Shown one piece after another: positions 52,147 to 62,940 of a DNA stretch of 64,000 bases. The stretch's first letter is position 1. The number at the start of each line of letters is the position of its first letter. The notes below the pieces were generated by a model that saw only the letters and a list, made by a program, of their open reading frames with translations, was not told the origin of the DNA and searched no databases. This DNA comes from Malacoraja senta (Eukaryota), in contig CM076000.1 in assembly GCA_038087875.1 (NCBI GenBank), positions 1,178,001 through 1,242,000 of the forward strand. The letters run 5' to 3'. The translations under genes and the position numbers were made by a program.

Positions 52147-54849
52147 CCCTCACCTCTGACGTGTCATACTGCAGACATACGTAATAATGGTAGAAAATGG
52201 CTGGTTGTGAGGATGAAATATGAAAGCCTCACTGGGTCTTAACATTACACATTCTAAACAAAATGCAAGTGTCACTGCTTCTCCTGACATCAAATCTAAA
52301 CAGAATTGCTGAATACTTGGGCAAACTTTCAGAGTCTATACAGGGTTGTGTTCCACTATTAATAGAGCAAAGTGCTCTAACTGCCTGCATTCTGAAAGAC
52401 ATTTTAATTAAAAGTATTTCAATGACTTTGTCACGTCAAATGATTTGGCTGAAAAACAGCAATAAACTCTCAAATAAGAATTTGTATTTGGTTAACTGTT
52501 TTTCGAATACCAAAAGGGACAAAAGTACAGCGAGTAGTTTTAAGTAACTGCTATATCAAGTAGCGAGGACCAACCAAACCCACAAACTTCAGAAAAGGTG
52601 TTAAACTTTGAACAAGAGCCACACTTGCATAACAGTAACTTGCTGAAGAGTCACCACAAGTTAAATTTGCACAGTAAATGGCAGGGCCCTGGAGAATGCT
52701 CTAGAACAGAGAGACCCAGGGGACAAGTTAGTGTTCTGAAAGTGGCACACAGATCGCCCATCCCTTTATTAAATTATCCAACTACAGGTACTTCTGTTGA
52801 AGCACGATTCCATAGCACGTGAAGAATTAGGGAACACTATTGACATTACACAGACCAAATTGATTACCACGCAATTTCAATCGAGGACTAGAAAATAACT
52901 TTAAAAAGGTTACCCTGGAAATTGACAAGGAGAAAAATGCTCCTGGATTTAAACAATGTAAGGGAAAAAAAAGTTTCCATGTAACCTCTCTGCAGAAATC
53001 AGACACCAGAGCCACTTAAGATCACATCCACTAAATTGACCACAGGTGGCTTTCGAAATTGATAAGCAATAACTTCTATAGACGAGTTCGGTATTACAAC
53101 TGCGCATGCCCAGGTCAAGTGTCATTCAGGATAAACATTCTCGCCAACTGAGCTACTGTGTGTGTACGGACCTACGTATTCCTTTCAATGTGATTTATAA
53201 ATAAATTTATCTGTCAAATATGTCAGTAGTAGGCTACAACGTATTGCAGGCTGCACAAATCCACAATTATATCTATTTCAATTATTGACTCAATACAGCA
53301 CCAGCCTTGAAAAGGCAAGAATGCCTGGAACGAACCTGTCAATTATTAAATCCCTGGCATTAGCCATCACAGCCATTCAAATTCGATATTGATATACACA
53401 AATTACAAGTTGTGTGGTCAACCAATTTGAGACAGTCCTTACATTCCTATCTAAACAACCTTCCTGGATTGAAGGAAACGATGAGAATGTGCTCTGTGGG
53501 GGTAGGTTGGAAAGTTCAGACTGGATTTGAACAGGCTGGCTAAACTTTCGTGGTGGGTTGGCTTAAATAAAGATGCTGTCGCTTTAACCTCTGGGGTTGG
53601 TTCCAGTCTGTCATGGCACACAGTTGGGAGCCGGGTCTGGGTGACCGGGCAGTGATAATTATGAGAATTTGCAGCCATTTGAACCGCAGCCAAACTAGAG
53701 GCTTCACTCAGGAGTGGGTCGCAGCTCCCCAGCTGACGGGACCTGTTCTCGCTCTCTTTGAAGGAGGCGCCGCCCGCCCCAGCGAGTGGGCAAACGCGGA
53801 GCCAACCCGTAATATGAGTGGGAGCATTTTCTCAGTCAGACTTTGTCGACAGTTGGGGTGGGGGATCTGGGGGAGAGAGAGAGCTGGCGATGCTGCACAG
53901 ACGGAACAGTTTATTAACGACCCATTAAAATCCGCACTTCAGCCACTCGGCAACCTGGGCTGATCTGATCCGATAGATAGCTGCGTGCCCGATCCTAACG
54001 CAGAACCTCTACAAAACCTTTGGGCTTCAGGTAACACCTACACAAAGAGCCTCTGTAACAAGGGCTGGTGAACTGTGCTGATCAACGTGCACTGGGCGAG
54101 ATGGTTGGGGGAAACGCACCGCAACTACTGCAAACTTGGAACAGCACAGACCCTCCACTCAATCTATCCAATAGTAAAGGGCAGGCATTTCAGTTAAATG
54201 TCTTATATCGGATTGGCAGCTCCTTCACTCAGTCAATCCTGTACTCAGTTTTCCTCGGAGATAAATCTTTGCCTAACAGTACATTTACACCCCCTGTAGG
54301 TAAAGGACCAGCCCACATCACACTGATACAGTCACTGCCTGCCTCAGATTAAATATATTAATATATATTAAATATATTTTAACACATAATGAATAAAGAT
54401 AAGAAAATGTTTCAAACACAAGTAATATTTTCTTATTCCTGTAGCAAACACATTAAGGAATAATTGAAAATAATAAATTCTTTAACTTTTTGAATATCTC
54501 ATAATTGCAGATTAATGAATTGAACTAGAACTGGGACTGTGGAAGTAGTGTGTGAACAGCAGAACAAGAAAGGACGCTATTGATTGACAGAATTCTAGAT
54601 TAATTCCTTGGTAGAATAGTTAACAATTTATACAGCACTGCATTCATTTTTTTTTTTAACCCCGAATGACCTTTGACAAATCCCATGATTCCTTGCATTT
54701 ATCGAGATAACAAACTCGCTTATTGACACGTGCAAAGCCTTTAGTATTTGTAGCTATCAGTAACAAAATGAAACTTATTGCAATTGCACAGCATTTTGGT
54801 CGTAGGTATAAAGGCGCATTTTCTAAATGGGGAGGGAATTCAGAAATTG

Positions 54850-55875
54850 GAGGTGCAAAAGGACTTGAGAAAGCTGGTGCAGGATTCCCCAAAAAGTTAA
54901 TTTGCAAGCCGAATCGGTAGTAAGGAAGGCATTTATTTTGAGAGAGCTAGAATCCAGAAACAGGGATGTAATGCTGAGACTTTTTAAAGACACTGGTCAG
55001 ACTGCATTTGGAGTATTGCGAGTAGTTTTGGGCCCCATATCTAAGGAAGGATGTGCTGGCGTTGGAGAGGGTCCTGTGGATGTTTACAAAAATGATCCCA
55101 GGAATGATTGGGTTAACATATGATGAGCATTTGAAGACATTGGGCCTGTACTTGCTGGAGTTTAGAAAGATGACAGGGGACCTCAATGAAACTTAACGAA
55201 TAGTGAAACACCTGGATAGAGTGAATGCGGAGAGGATGTTTCCACAAGTGGAAGAATCCCGGACTAGAGGCCATAGCCTCAGAATAAAAGGACATACCTT
55301 TTGAAAGGAGATGAGGTGGAATTTCTTTAGTCAGAGGGTGGTAAATCTGTGGAACTCATTGTCATGGACATCTGTGGAGGCCAAGTCAATCGATGTTTTT
55401 AAGGCAGAGATTGACAGATTCTTGATTGGTACGGGTGTTGGGGTTATGGGGAGAAGGCAGGAGAATGGTGTTGAGAGGGATAGACAGATCAGCCATGATT
55501 GAATGTTGGAGTAGACTTGATGGGCAAAATAGTCTAAAAGCCCTGTCCCACTGTATGAGTTCATTCAAGAGCTCTCCCGAGTTTAAGAAAAAATCAAACT
55601 CTTGGTAAGCACGTAGAATGAACGTAACGGGTAAGTCGGAGCTCGGGGATGCCTCTTAGCAGCTCGTAATGCTAACGGCAGGTACTTTGGAAACGCGGTA
55701 AGCTCGGGAAGACGCGTGAAGATTTTTCAACATGTTGAAAAATGTCCACGAGAGCCCCGAGTACCTGCGAGCGGCCATTACCGTAAATCTCCGAGTTTGA
55801 ATCAGGGCAAACTCGGGAGATTTGAATGAACTCGTACAGTGGGACCGGGCTATTATCCTGCTCCTAGAACATATG
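54850..55875 (+). mobile_element. CR1 3' fragment with a Harbinger MITE in its 3' UTR
   Basis: FFSQRVVNLWNSL..VEAKSIDVFKAEIDRFL; the tail resumes after 55855. Confidence 0.85.
55538..55852. mobile_element. PIF/Harbinger-type MITE
   Basis: TAA|AAGCCCTGTCCCAC..GTGGGACCGGGCTA|TTA; inverted copy of the family at 59700-60018. Confidence 0.87.
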
Positions 55876-56158
55876 AAACCTTTCTTCAGACCGATTCAAT
55901 ATCAAGGTCAATACTGATTTACCAAGTCATGCCCCTGAATAGTCTATTAATGTTTCTTATCTTCATGTGACACAGTTAAACAGAAGGCAAATACAAACCC
56001 TTCTCCAAATACATCATTTTGTCAGGTTACAACATAGGCAAACCAGCAGTATTAAAATGTTTATCTGTTAGGAATCTTGAAACTCTGCCTGGATGCTATT
56101 TAGACCGTGGGCCAAGGTGCTTTTTTGTTTCATTTCGTGAACCAAATCACGTATCTAA

Positions 56159-57274
56159 AGGGCCTGTCCCACGGGCATGCGACTCCTTGCGGCAAGCGCG
56201 ACCTTACCGGAAGCGGGGGCTCTGCAATGGGTTTAATGTACCGGCCCTGCTCAAGAGCCTTTGGACAGCAGCTCAGGATGTGTTCCAACGTCCATTGCAG
56301 GCAATCTGGAGATTCCACTTTGCACCAGATGAAGAGGTTCGATGGGCTGGGCAGGACATCGTACACTGCCTGGACCAGGAACTTGATGCGCTGTGGTTCA
56401 GCCTGCCAGAGCTCAGTCCATGTGACTTTTCGGTCCATGGCCTGCTCCCACCTTGTCCAGGCCCCCTGCTGCCTCAATGCAACTGCTCTGGTACACCTCT
56501 CCTCCTCCACCACTGCCCTCACTTCCTCCTGGACCAGCCTGCGCCTCTCCTTCCCCTTGGCCTTGTCAAACTGGGGAGATGGGAAGATTCCCAGGCCAGC
56601 TCTTCCCCGAGTCACTGCTCCCACCAGGACTCTGTGGCGTATGCGAGACTCCGCTTGCAGCACGGCTTCGCCGGCTCTCCACTTCCACCCAGTTTTCACC
56701 TCCACCCCTGCCTGAGCCACCTTGGGGTTGCTGGAGTCCCTGTACAGCATCACCTCTCTGGCCCGAGTCACCTTAAACTCCTCCTCCAGGGACTTCAGGG
56801 GCAGCTGGAGCTTGGTGTTAGCTGGGGCGGAGGTCGAGTGATCCCCCGTACAGCGCCTGTCCCACGAGCATGCGGCGAGCGCCACCAAACCGGAAGCGGG
56901 GGCCGCGGGGCCGGTCCCACGTCTATCGGCGGAGCCGTATGGAGTTGTGCGGAGCTGGTCCCGACATCGCGCGGGGCTCCGAAAAACTGAGTGTTTAAAA
57001 ATTCCGCGCGGCAACGGCCTGCCGCCCCGCAGCCGTATCGAGGCTGTGCGCGCTGCATTGAGGCCATACGCAGCCGCATCGAGGCCGTGTGCACCGCCTT
57101 GATATCACTCGACCTCCGCACGGCCCCCGCTTCCGGTTTGGTCGCGCTCGCCGCATGCAGCTGCATGCTCATGGGACAGGCGCTGTATGGGGGATCACTC
57201 GACCTCCGCGCGGCCCCCGCTTCCGGTTAGGTCGCGCTTGCCGCATGGAGTCGCATGCCCGTGGGACAGGCCCT
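56159..57274. mobile_element. PIF/Harbinger-type palindromic MITE nested in the left end of the Academ-like element
   Basis: TAA|AGGGCCTGTCCCACGGGCATGCGACTCC..GGAGTCGCATGCCCGTGGGACAGGCCCT|TAA. Confidence 0.92.
56221..56826 (-). mobile_element. Internal fragment of an RLE-type (Hero-like) non-LTR retrotransposon ORF
   Basis: KLQLPLKSLEEEFKV..GRAGLG..QQGAWTRWE..YDVLPSPSNL..TLEHILSCCPKALEQGRY. Confidence 0.82.
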
Positions 57275-58247
57275 TAACTGTATTTATAACATATTGTGTA
57301 AAAATATAGAAATCAGACCTGAAACTCGTCAAGACCAAAACCTGCACATATTTTTAAAATATGAGAAAACCCTCCAATTTTCCAAGTAGTGATTGTCCAA
57401 TCAATGCAAGTTTGACATTGCGTCGGACGCAAATTGACCAATCACACGCTTTGTTTCATGGTAGCTAGGCAGCGAGCACTCTGGGATCATGGCTGCCTCG
57501 TAAATACATTTAAATAAATAGCAAGGTTTGGAAGGAATAAAGGTAATGTTAACCTTGCTGATAATTGTTTTACAACTGATTTATTGTTGTAAAGTTATGA
57601 TGAGGACTGTTAAATAAAAATGATAAATAAAAAAGTAGAACTAGGGTTAAGGTTAGTCAGTCAGTCGATCGGGCTGTTGACGAGGGGTCGGTCGGGCTGT
57701 CGGTTCGCTGGTGGGTGCTGCGAGGGGTCGGTCGGGCTGTCAGCCCGCCAGTGGGTGCTGCGATGGGTCGGTCGGGCTGTCGGCCGGCATTGCAGCAAAC
57801 GGGCGGACCGACGGAGAAGGCGCTATGGGTTGCTGAAGGCGCCCCGAGTGCTGCCCCCCACCGTCATCACCATGATGATCCAGAAGGGCATGCTGGCCAA
57901 GGTGGACAAGCTGAGCGGCCACACGTACGGAACCCGCAGCCGGTCCCAAAGCGGCTCCAGCTCCTACCGTGGGCAGCTCTGGAAGGGGGGCGAGTTAGGG
58001 TCAGGGTTATGCATTTTCCTCTCAGTGGAAGATGCCTTAGCCTTCCCCTAGCCTGGCACTGACCCAGTCCCACTAGGTCCCCCAGCGCGGAGAAGCGCCA
58101 ACCCCAGCTCACCTTCGCCTCTCCTGCCGGTCCAACCGACAGCCCAGACGGACAACACCAGCGGTCCCAGACCCACAGAACCCACGGCCAGCACCAACTC
58201 CAGCCCAACCCTGCTCCAACTCCAGATAAACCCGCTCCCCGATGGGC

Positions 58248-58697
58248 CGCTACAGCGACAAGTGCCAGTTCGCCCACGGCCTCAGCCGCTACTCCAAGTA
58301 CAAGCCGTACCTTACACACCACCGGCTTCTGCCCCTACGGTACTCGCTGCCACTTCATCCACAACCCCGAGGAGGAGCAAAGGTCCCGGCCTCGCCTGCA
58401 CCAGAGCGCCAGCCTGGGATCAGCCTCCTCCGGCCCGGATCTAGACTGGGCCGCGCTGCGGGCGGCCTTCAGCCCCGACCTGGAGTTAGAGCTGGCCCGG
58501 ACTCTGGGCTTGGGGCTGGGCAAGGGAGGGGGAGGAGGCTGCTGCTGCCGCCAGCACCACCATCACCAACAGTACCCGCAGCTCCAGCGGGCGCCCAGCC
58601 GCAGACTCTCTCTCCGACCAGGAGCGGCTCCGAGTCGCCCGTCTTCGAGAAGGGCCAGCGGCTGCCCATCTGCAGCAGGATCTCGGTGTCGGACTGA
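58248..58697 (+). pseudogene. ZFP36: Captured, degenerate ZFP36/TTP-family (tandem CCCH) 3' coding fragment
   Basis: RYSDKCQFAHG-LSRYSKYK / RTLHTTGFCPYGTRCHFIHNPEE..RPRLHQSAS.. / ADSLSDQE / SGSESPVFEKGQRLPICSRISVSD-stop across three frameshifts. Paralogue (ZFP36 vs L1/L2) is uncertain. Confidence 0.88.
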
Positions 58698-59039
58698 GGG
58701 GAGGGGGTGGAGGTGGAGGGCTGCCGGGGCCAACCCGGCGCGACAGGCAGAGCTGAGCTGGAGCCAGCGGCTGCAAGTCCGGGGTCGTCCCGCCAGCCCA
58801 GGGCCACCCCGGACAGGGACGGGACACCAGGGAGGGGGCGGGAACGGCCCAACAGCAGCTCAACAGCACCCGCAGCGACGGAAAGCCGACCCCGACTATG
58901 GACAAAATGCAAGACTGCACACAATGCAGCACCACCGTTGCCAAGACTGTTTTATAGCTAGTGACCTATGACCTGGGCATGCGCAGTCGGAAAACCAAAC
59001 TCGCTTATTAGGCTCCCAATAGAATAATATGAGCATTGA

Positions 59040-59054
59040 GCACCAGATGGCGCT
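59040..59054 (+). promoter_or_regulatory. CTCF-like motif in the element's right end
   Basis: gcaccagatggcgct resembles the CTCF core consensus; motif match only. Confidence 0.45.
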
Positions 59055-59257
59055 TACTTTTTTGATCTAATTTTCTAATTAGCTTAAGTAATTAGTGTGC
59101 AACTTTTGACACTGACGAGTTATGAATTCCTTCTCAATTATATTTTGTCTAAATCTGTGCCAAATTTCAAGTAGATACCAGACATGGGTCACGAAAATTA
59201 AATTCTAGACATTTTCGATGCTCGGCCCACAGCCTAATTTTTCTTCACGTTGTCAAT

Positions 59258-59510
59258 AAAATAAAGTGCTATATAAATAAATTAAATGTTGACCAGAATA
59301 TTTAGTTTTGCTGTTTATATAACTAAATAAAGTGCTATATAAATAAATTAAATGTTGACCAGAATATACTTTTTCTGTTCTGATTTTTTTTAGCCTTGAC
59401 ATATTTTCTGTTCTGACATAAAAAATCAGAACAGAAAAAGTATATTCTGGTCAACATTTAATTTATTTATATAGCACTTTATTTAGTTATATAAACAGCA
59501 AAACTAAATA
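59258..59510. repeat. Direct duplication plus perfect 91-bp inverted repeat
   Basis: 59258-59300 is repeated at 59325-59367; 59299-59389 is the reverse complement of 59420-59510. Confidence 0.93.
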
Positions 59511-59699
59511 AACAACAGTCACCGTGGAATCACACACGACGTCTCCCCTTCCAATAGTGGTTTTAGCCAATGTTAGACTCGGATCAGATTATTATTTCAT
59601 CTTTTTAGTTGAAATTACCAATGTGCAGGATAGCGAAAATTAATTCAGAAGAGATTTTCCAAGTTGATAGTGGTCTTCGAATTATTTTTCAAACCCTTA

Positions 59700-60018
59700 A
59701 ACCCCTGTCCCATGGTACGAGTTCATTCCACGAGTTCTCCCGAGTTTGCCCTGATTCGAACTCGGAGATTTACGGTAATGGCCACTCATCGGTACTCAGG
59801 GCTCTCGTGGACATTTTTCATCATGTTGAAAAATCTTCACGAGTCTTCCTGTGCTTACCTGCCGTTAGCGAGTCTTCCCGAGTACCTGCCGTTAGCGCTA
59901 AGAGACGTCCCCGAGCTCCGACGTACCCGCTACATTCATTCTCCGTGCTTACCACGAGTTTGATTTTTTAAAACTCGGGAGAGCTCTTGGAATGAACTCG
60001 CACCGTGGGACAGGGCTA
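59700..60018. mobile_element. PIF/Harbinger-type MITE
   Basis: TTA|AACCCCTGTCCCA..TGGGACAGGGCTA|TTA. Confidence 0.9.
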
Positions 60019-60031
60019 TTAGGCTCATGAT

Positions 60032-62160
60032 ACATAGATACATAGAAATTAGGTGCAGGAGTAGGCCATTCGGCCCTTCGAGCCTGCACCGCCATTCAAT
60101 ACGATCATGGCTGATCATCCAACTCAGTATCCCGTACCTGCCTTCTCTCCATACCCCCTGATCCCTTTAGCCACAAGGGCCACATCTAATTCCCTCTTAA
60201 ATATAGCCAATGAACTGGCCTCAACTACCCTCTGTGGCAGAGAGTTCCAGAGATTCACCACTCTCTGTGTGAAAAAGTTTTTCCTCATCTCGGTCTTAAA
60301 GGATTTCCCCCTTATCCTTAAGCTGTGACCCCTTGTCCTGGACTTCCCCAACATCGGGAACAATCTTCCTGCATCTAGCCTGTCCATCCCCATAAGAATC
60401 TTGTACGTTTCTATAAGATCCCCTCTCAATCTCCTAAATTCTAGCGAGTATAAGCCAAGTCTATCCAGTCTTTCTTCATATGAAAGTCCTGACATCCCAG
60501 GAATCAGTCTGGTGAACCTTCTCTGCACTCCCTCTATGGCTATAATGTCCTTCCTCAGATTTGGAGACCAAAACTGTACGCAATACTCCAGGTGTGGTCT
60601 CACCAAGACCCTGTACAACTGCAGTAGAACCTCGCTGCTCCTATACTCAAATCCTCTTGCTATGAAGGCCAACATACCATTCGCTTTCTTCACTGCCTGC
60701 TGCACCTGCATGCCTACTTTCAATGACTGGTGTACCATGACACCCAGGTCTCGCTGCATCTCCCCATTTCCTAATCGGCCACCATTTAGATAATAGTCTG
60801 CCTTCCCGTTTTTGCTACCAAAGTGGATAACCTCACATTTATCCACATTATACTGCATCTGCCAAACATTTGCCCACTCACCCAGCCTATCCAAGTCACC
60901 TTGCAGTCTCCTAGCATCCTCCTCACAGCTAACACTGCCCCCCAGCTTAGTGTCATCCGCAAACTTGGAGATGTTGCTTTCAATTCCCTCGTCCAGATCA
61001 TTAATATAAATTGTAAATAGCTGGGGTCCCAGCACTGAGCCTTGTGGTACCCCACTAGTCACTGCCTGCCATTGTGAAAAGGACCCGTTTACTCCTACTC
61101 TTTGCTTCCTGTTTGCCAGCCAGTTCTCTATCCACATCAATACTGAACCCCCAATACCGTGTGATTTAAGTTTGTATCCTAATCTCTTATGTGGTACCTT
61201 GTCGAAAGCCTTCTGAAAGTCCAGATACAACACATCCACTGGTTCTCCCCTATCCACTCTACTAGTTACATCCTCGAAAAATTCTATAAGATTCGTCAGA
61301 CACGATTTACCTTTCGTAAATCCATGCTGACTTTGTCCAATGATTTCACCACTTTCCAAATGTGCTGCTATCCCATCTTTAATAACTGACTCTAGCAGTT
61401 TCCCCACTACCGATGTTAGACTAACTGGTCTGTAATTCCCCGTTTTCTCTCTCCCTCCCTTCTTAAAAAGTGGGGTTACGTTTGCTACCCTCCAATCCTC
61501 AGGAACTACTCCAGAATCTAAAGAGTTTTGAAAAATTATCACTAATGCATCCACTATTTCTGGAGCTACTTCCTTAAGTACTCTGGGATGCAGCCTATCT
61601 GGCCCTGGTGATTTATCGGCCTTTAATCCATTCAATTTACCCAACACCACTTCCCGACTAACCTGGATTTCACTCAGTTCCTCCATCTCCTTTGACCCGC
61701 GGCCCCCTGCTATTTCCGGCAGATTATTTATGTCTTCCTTAGTGAAGACGGAACCAAAGTAGTTATTCAATTGGTCTGCCATATCCTTGTTCCCCATGAT
61801 CAATTCACCTGTTTCTGACTGCAAGGGACCTACATTTGATTTAACTAATCTCTTTCTCTTCACATATCTATAAAAACTTTTGCAGTCAGTTTTTATGTTC
61901 CCTGCCAGTTTCCTTTCATAATCTATTTTCCCTTTCCTAATTAAGCCCTTTGTCCTCCTCTGCTGGTCTCTGAATTTCTCCCAGTCCTCTGGTATGCTGC
62001 TTTTTCTGGCTAATTTGTACGCATCATCTTTTGCTTTGATACTATCCCTGATTTCCCTTGTTATCCACGGATGCACTACCTTCCTTGATTTATTCTTTTG
62101 CCAAACTGGGATGAACAATTTTTGTAGTTCATCCATGCAGTCTTTAAATGCCTTCCACGT
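60032..62160 (-). mobile_element. Young 5'-truncated CR1 LINE with uninterrupted 670-aa ORF2 segment (complete RT)
   Basis: ORF 60124-62136: KSPGPD, NYRPVSLTS, QHGF, LDFQKAFD, GVPQGSVLGP, FADD; (catagata)n tail; no endonuclease domain. Confidence 0.97.
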
Positions 62161-62627
62161 TCCATGATTGTAACGAGTTAATTATTAATTCTTCAAGAAA
62201 GTAAACTGTAATTATAGAAAATGCTGTCCGGGGAAAATAAACTTGTTCCGGGATCTCTACAACCCACGAATAATTGTCCGTAAACATCACTTTTTAGAAA
62301 AATGCAGAGGCTAGGTCAGAAATGTAGGCTTAAATGTTTATCACCATCTTTTCAGGAAAATACTACTTTGTCACAAAGCAAGCACTTTCATGTACTTTCA
62401 TGTACAGAGCTGGTTCAGTACACAATACAAATGTCAGTTGGATGAACAAGTCATTGTTCCAAAAACAGCCGAGACAAAGGAGGTCAAATATTAACGTGAC
62501 AATTCCCCTTTGGCATCACTTCTATACCAATTCTCAAAGTAAACTTCTCTCTCATTGCTAAAGTGAATAAAGAAAATACAGTCCAGCAATAAAACACATT
62601 GGGTAAGTTTTTAAGGTATATGCAATT

Positions 62628-62940
62628 CAATTTAGTTTAGAGATACAGCATGGAAACTGCCCCTTCAGCCCACGCTGATCATTGATCACCATACACTGGT
62701 TCTTTGTTAGACACTTTCGACATCTTACACACATCTTTTTTATTGTGTATTGTGTGTTCTTTTTTTTCTTGTACCGCTGCTGGCAAGTTCATTTCACTGC
62801 ACTTTATGTGCACGTGACGAATAAATCGGACTTGACACAAGGAGCAATTTACAGAAGCCAATTAACCTACACGTCTTTGGAATGTGGGAGGAAACCGGAG
62901 CACCCAGGAAAACCCATGCGGTCACACAGAGAACTTGCAA
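62628..62940 (-). mobile_element. V-SINE remnant with a small nested LINE tail
   Basis: tttagtttagagatacagcatggaaac..gaatgtgggaggaaaccggagcaccc; extra segment at about 62750-62840. Confidence 0.7.

Larger units (their letters stand above)
56101..59236. mobile_element. Putative non-autonomous Academ-like DNA transposon carrying captured gene fragments
   Basis: ATT|TAGACCGTGGGCCAAG ... CTCGGCCCACAGCCTA|ATT. After removing the nested MITE, the ends align imperfectly for about 140 bp (tttcgtga.cca, gtatcta, aaaatata, aactcgtca, caaaa..tgcaca). The superfamily call rests on TAG/CTA ends and a 3-bp TSD only. Confidence 0.7.

Noticed and set aside
56019..56990. 323-aa plus-strand ORF
   Set aside because: Antisense shadow of the Hero-like ORF plus GC-rich MITE sequence.
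57640..57660. Telomere-like tagggtta motifs (also near 57995)
   Set aside because: Only one or two degenerate units; insufficient for an interstitial telomere call.
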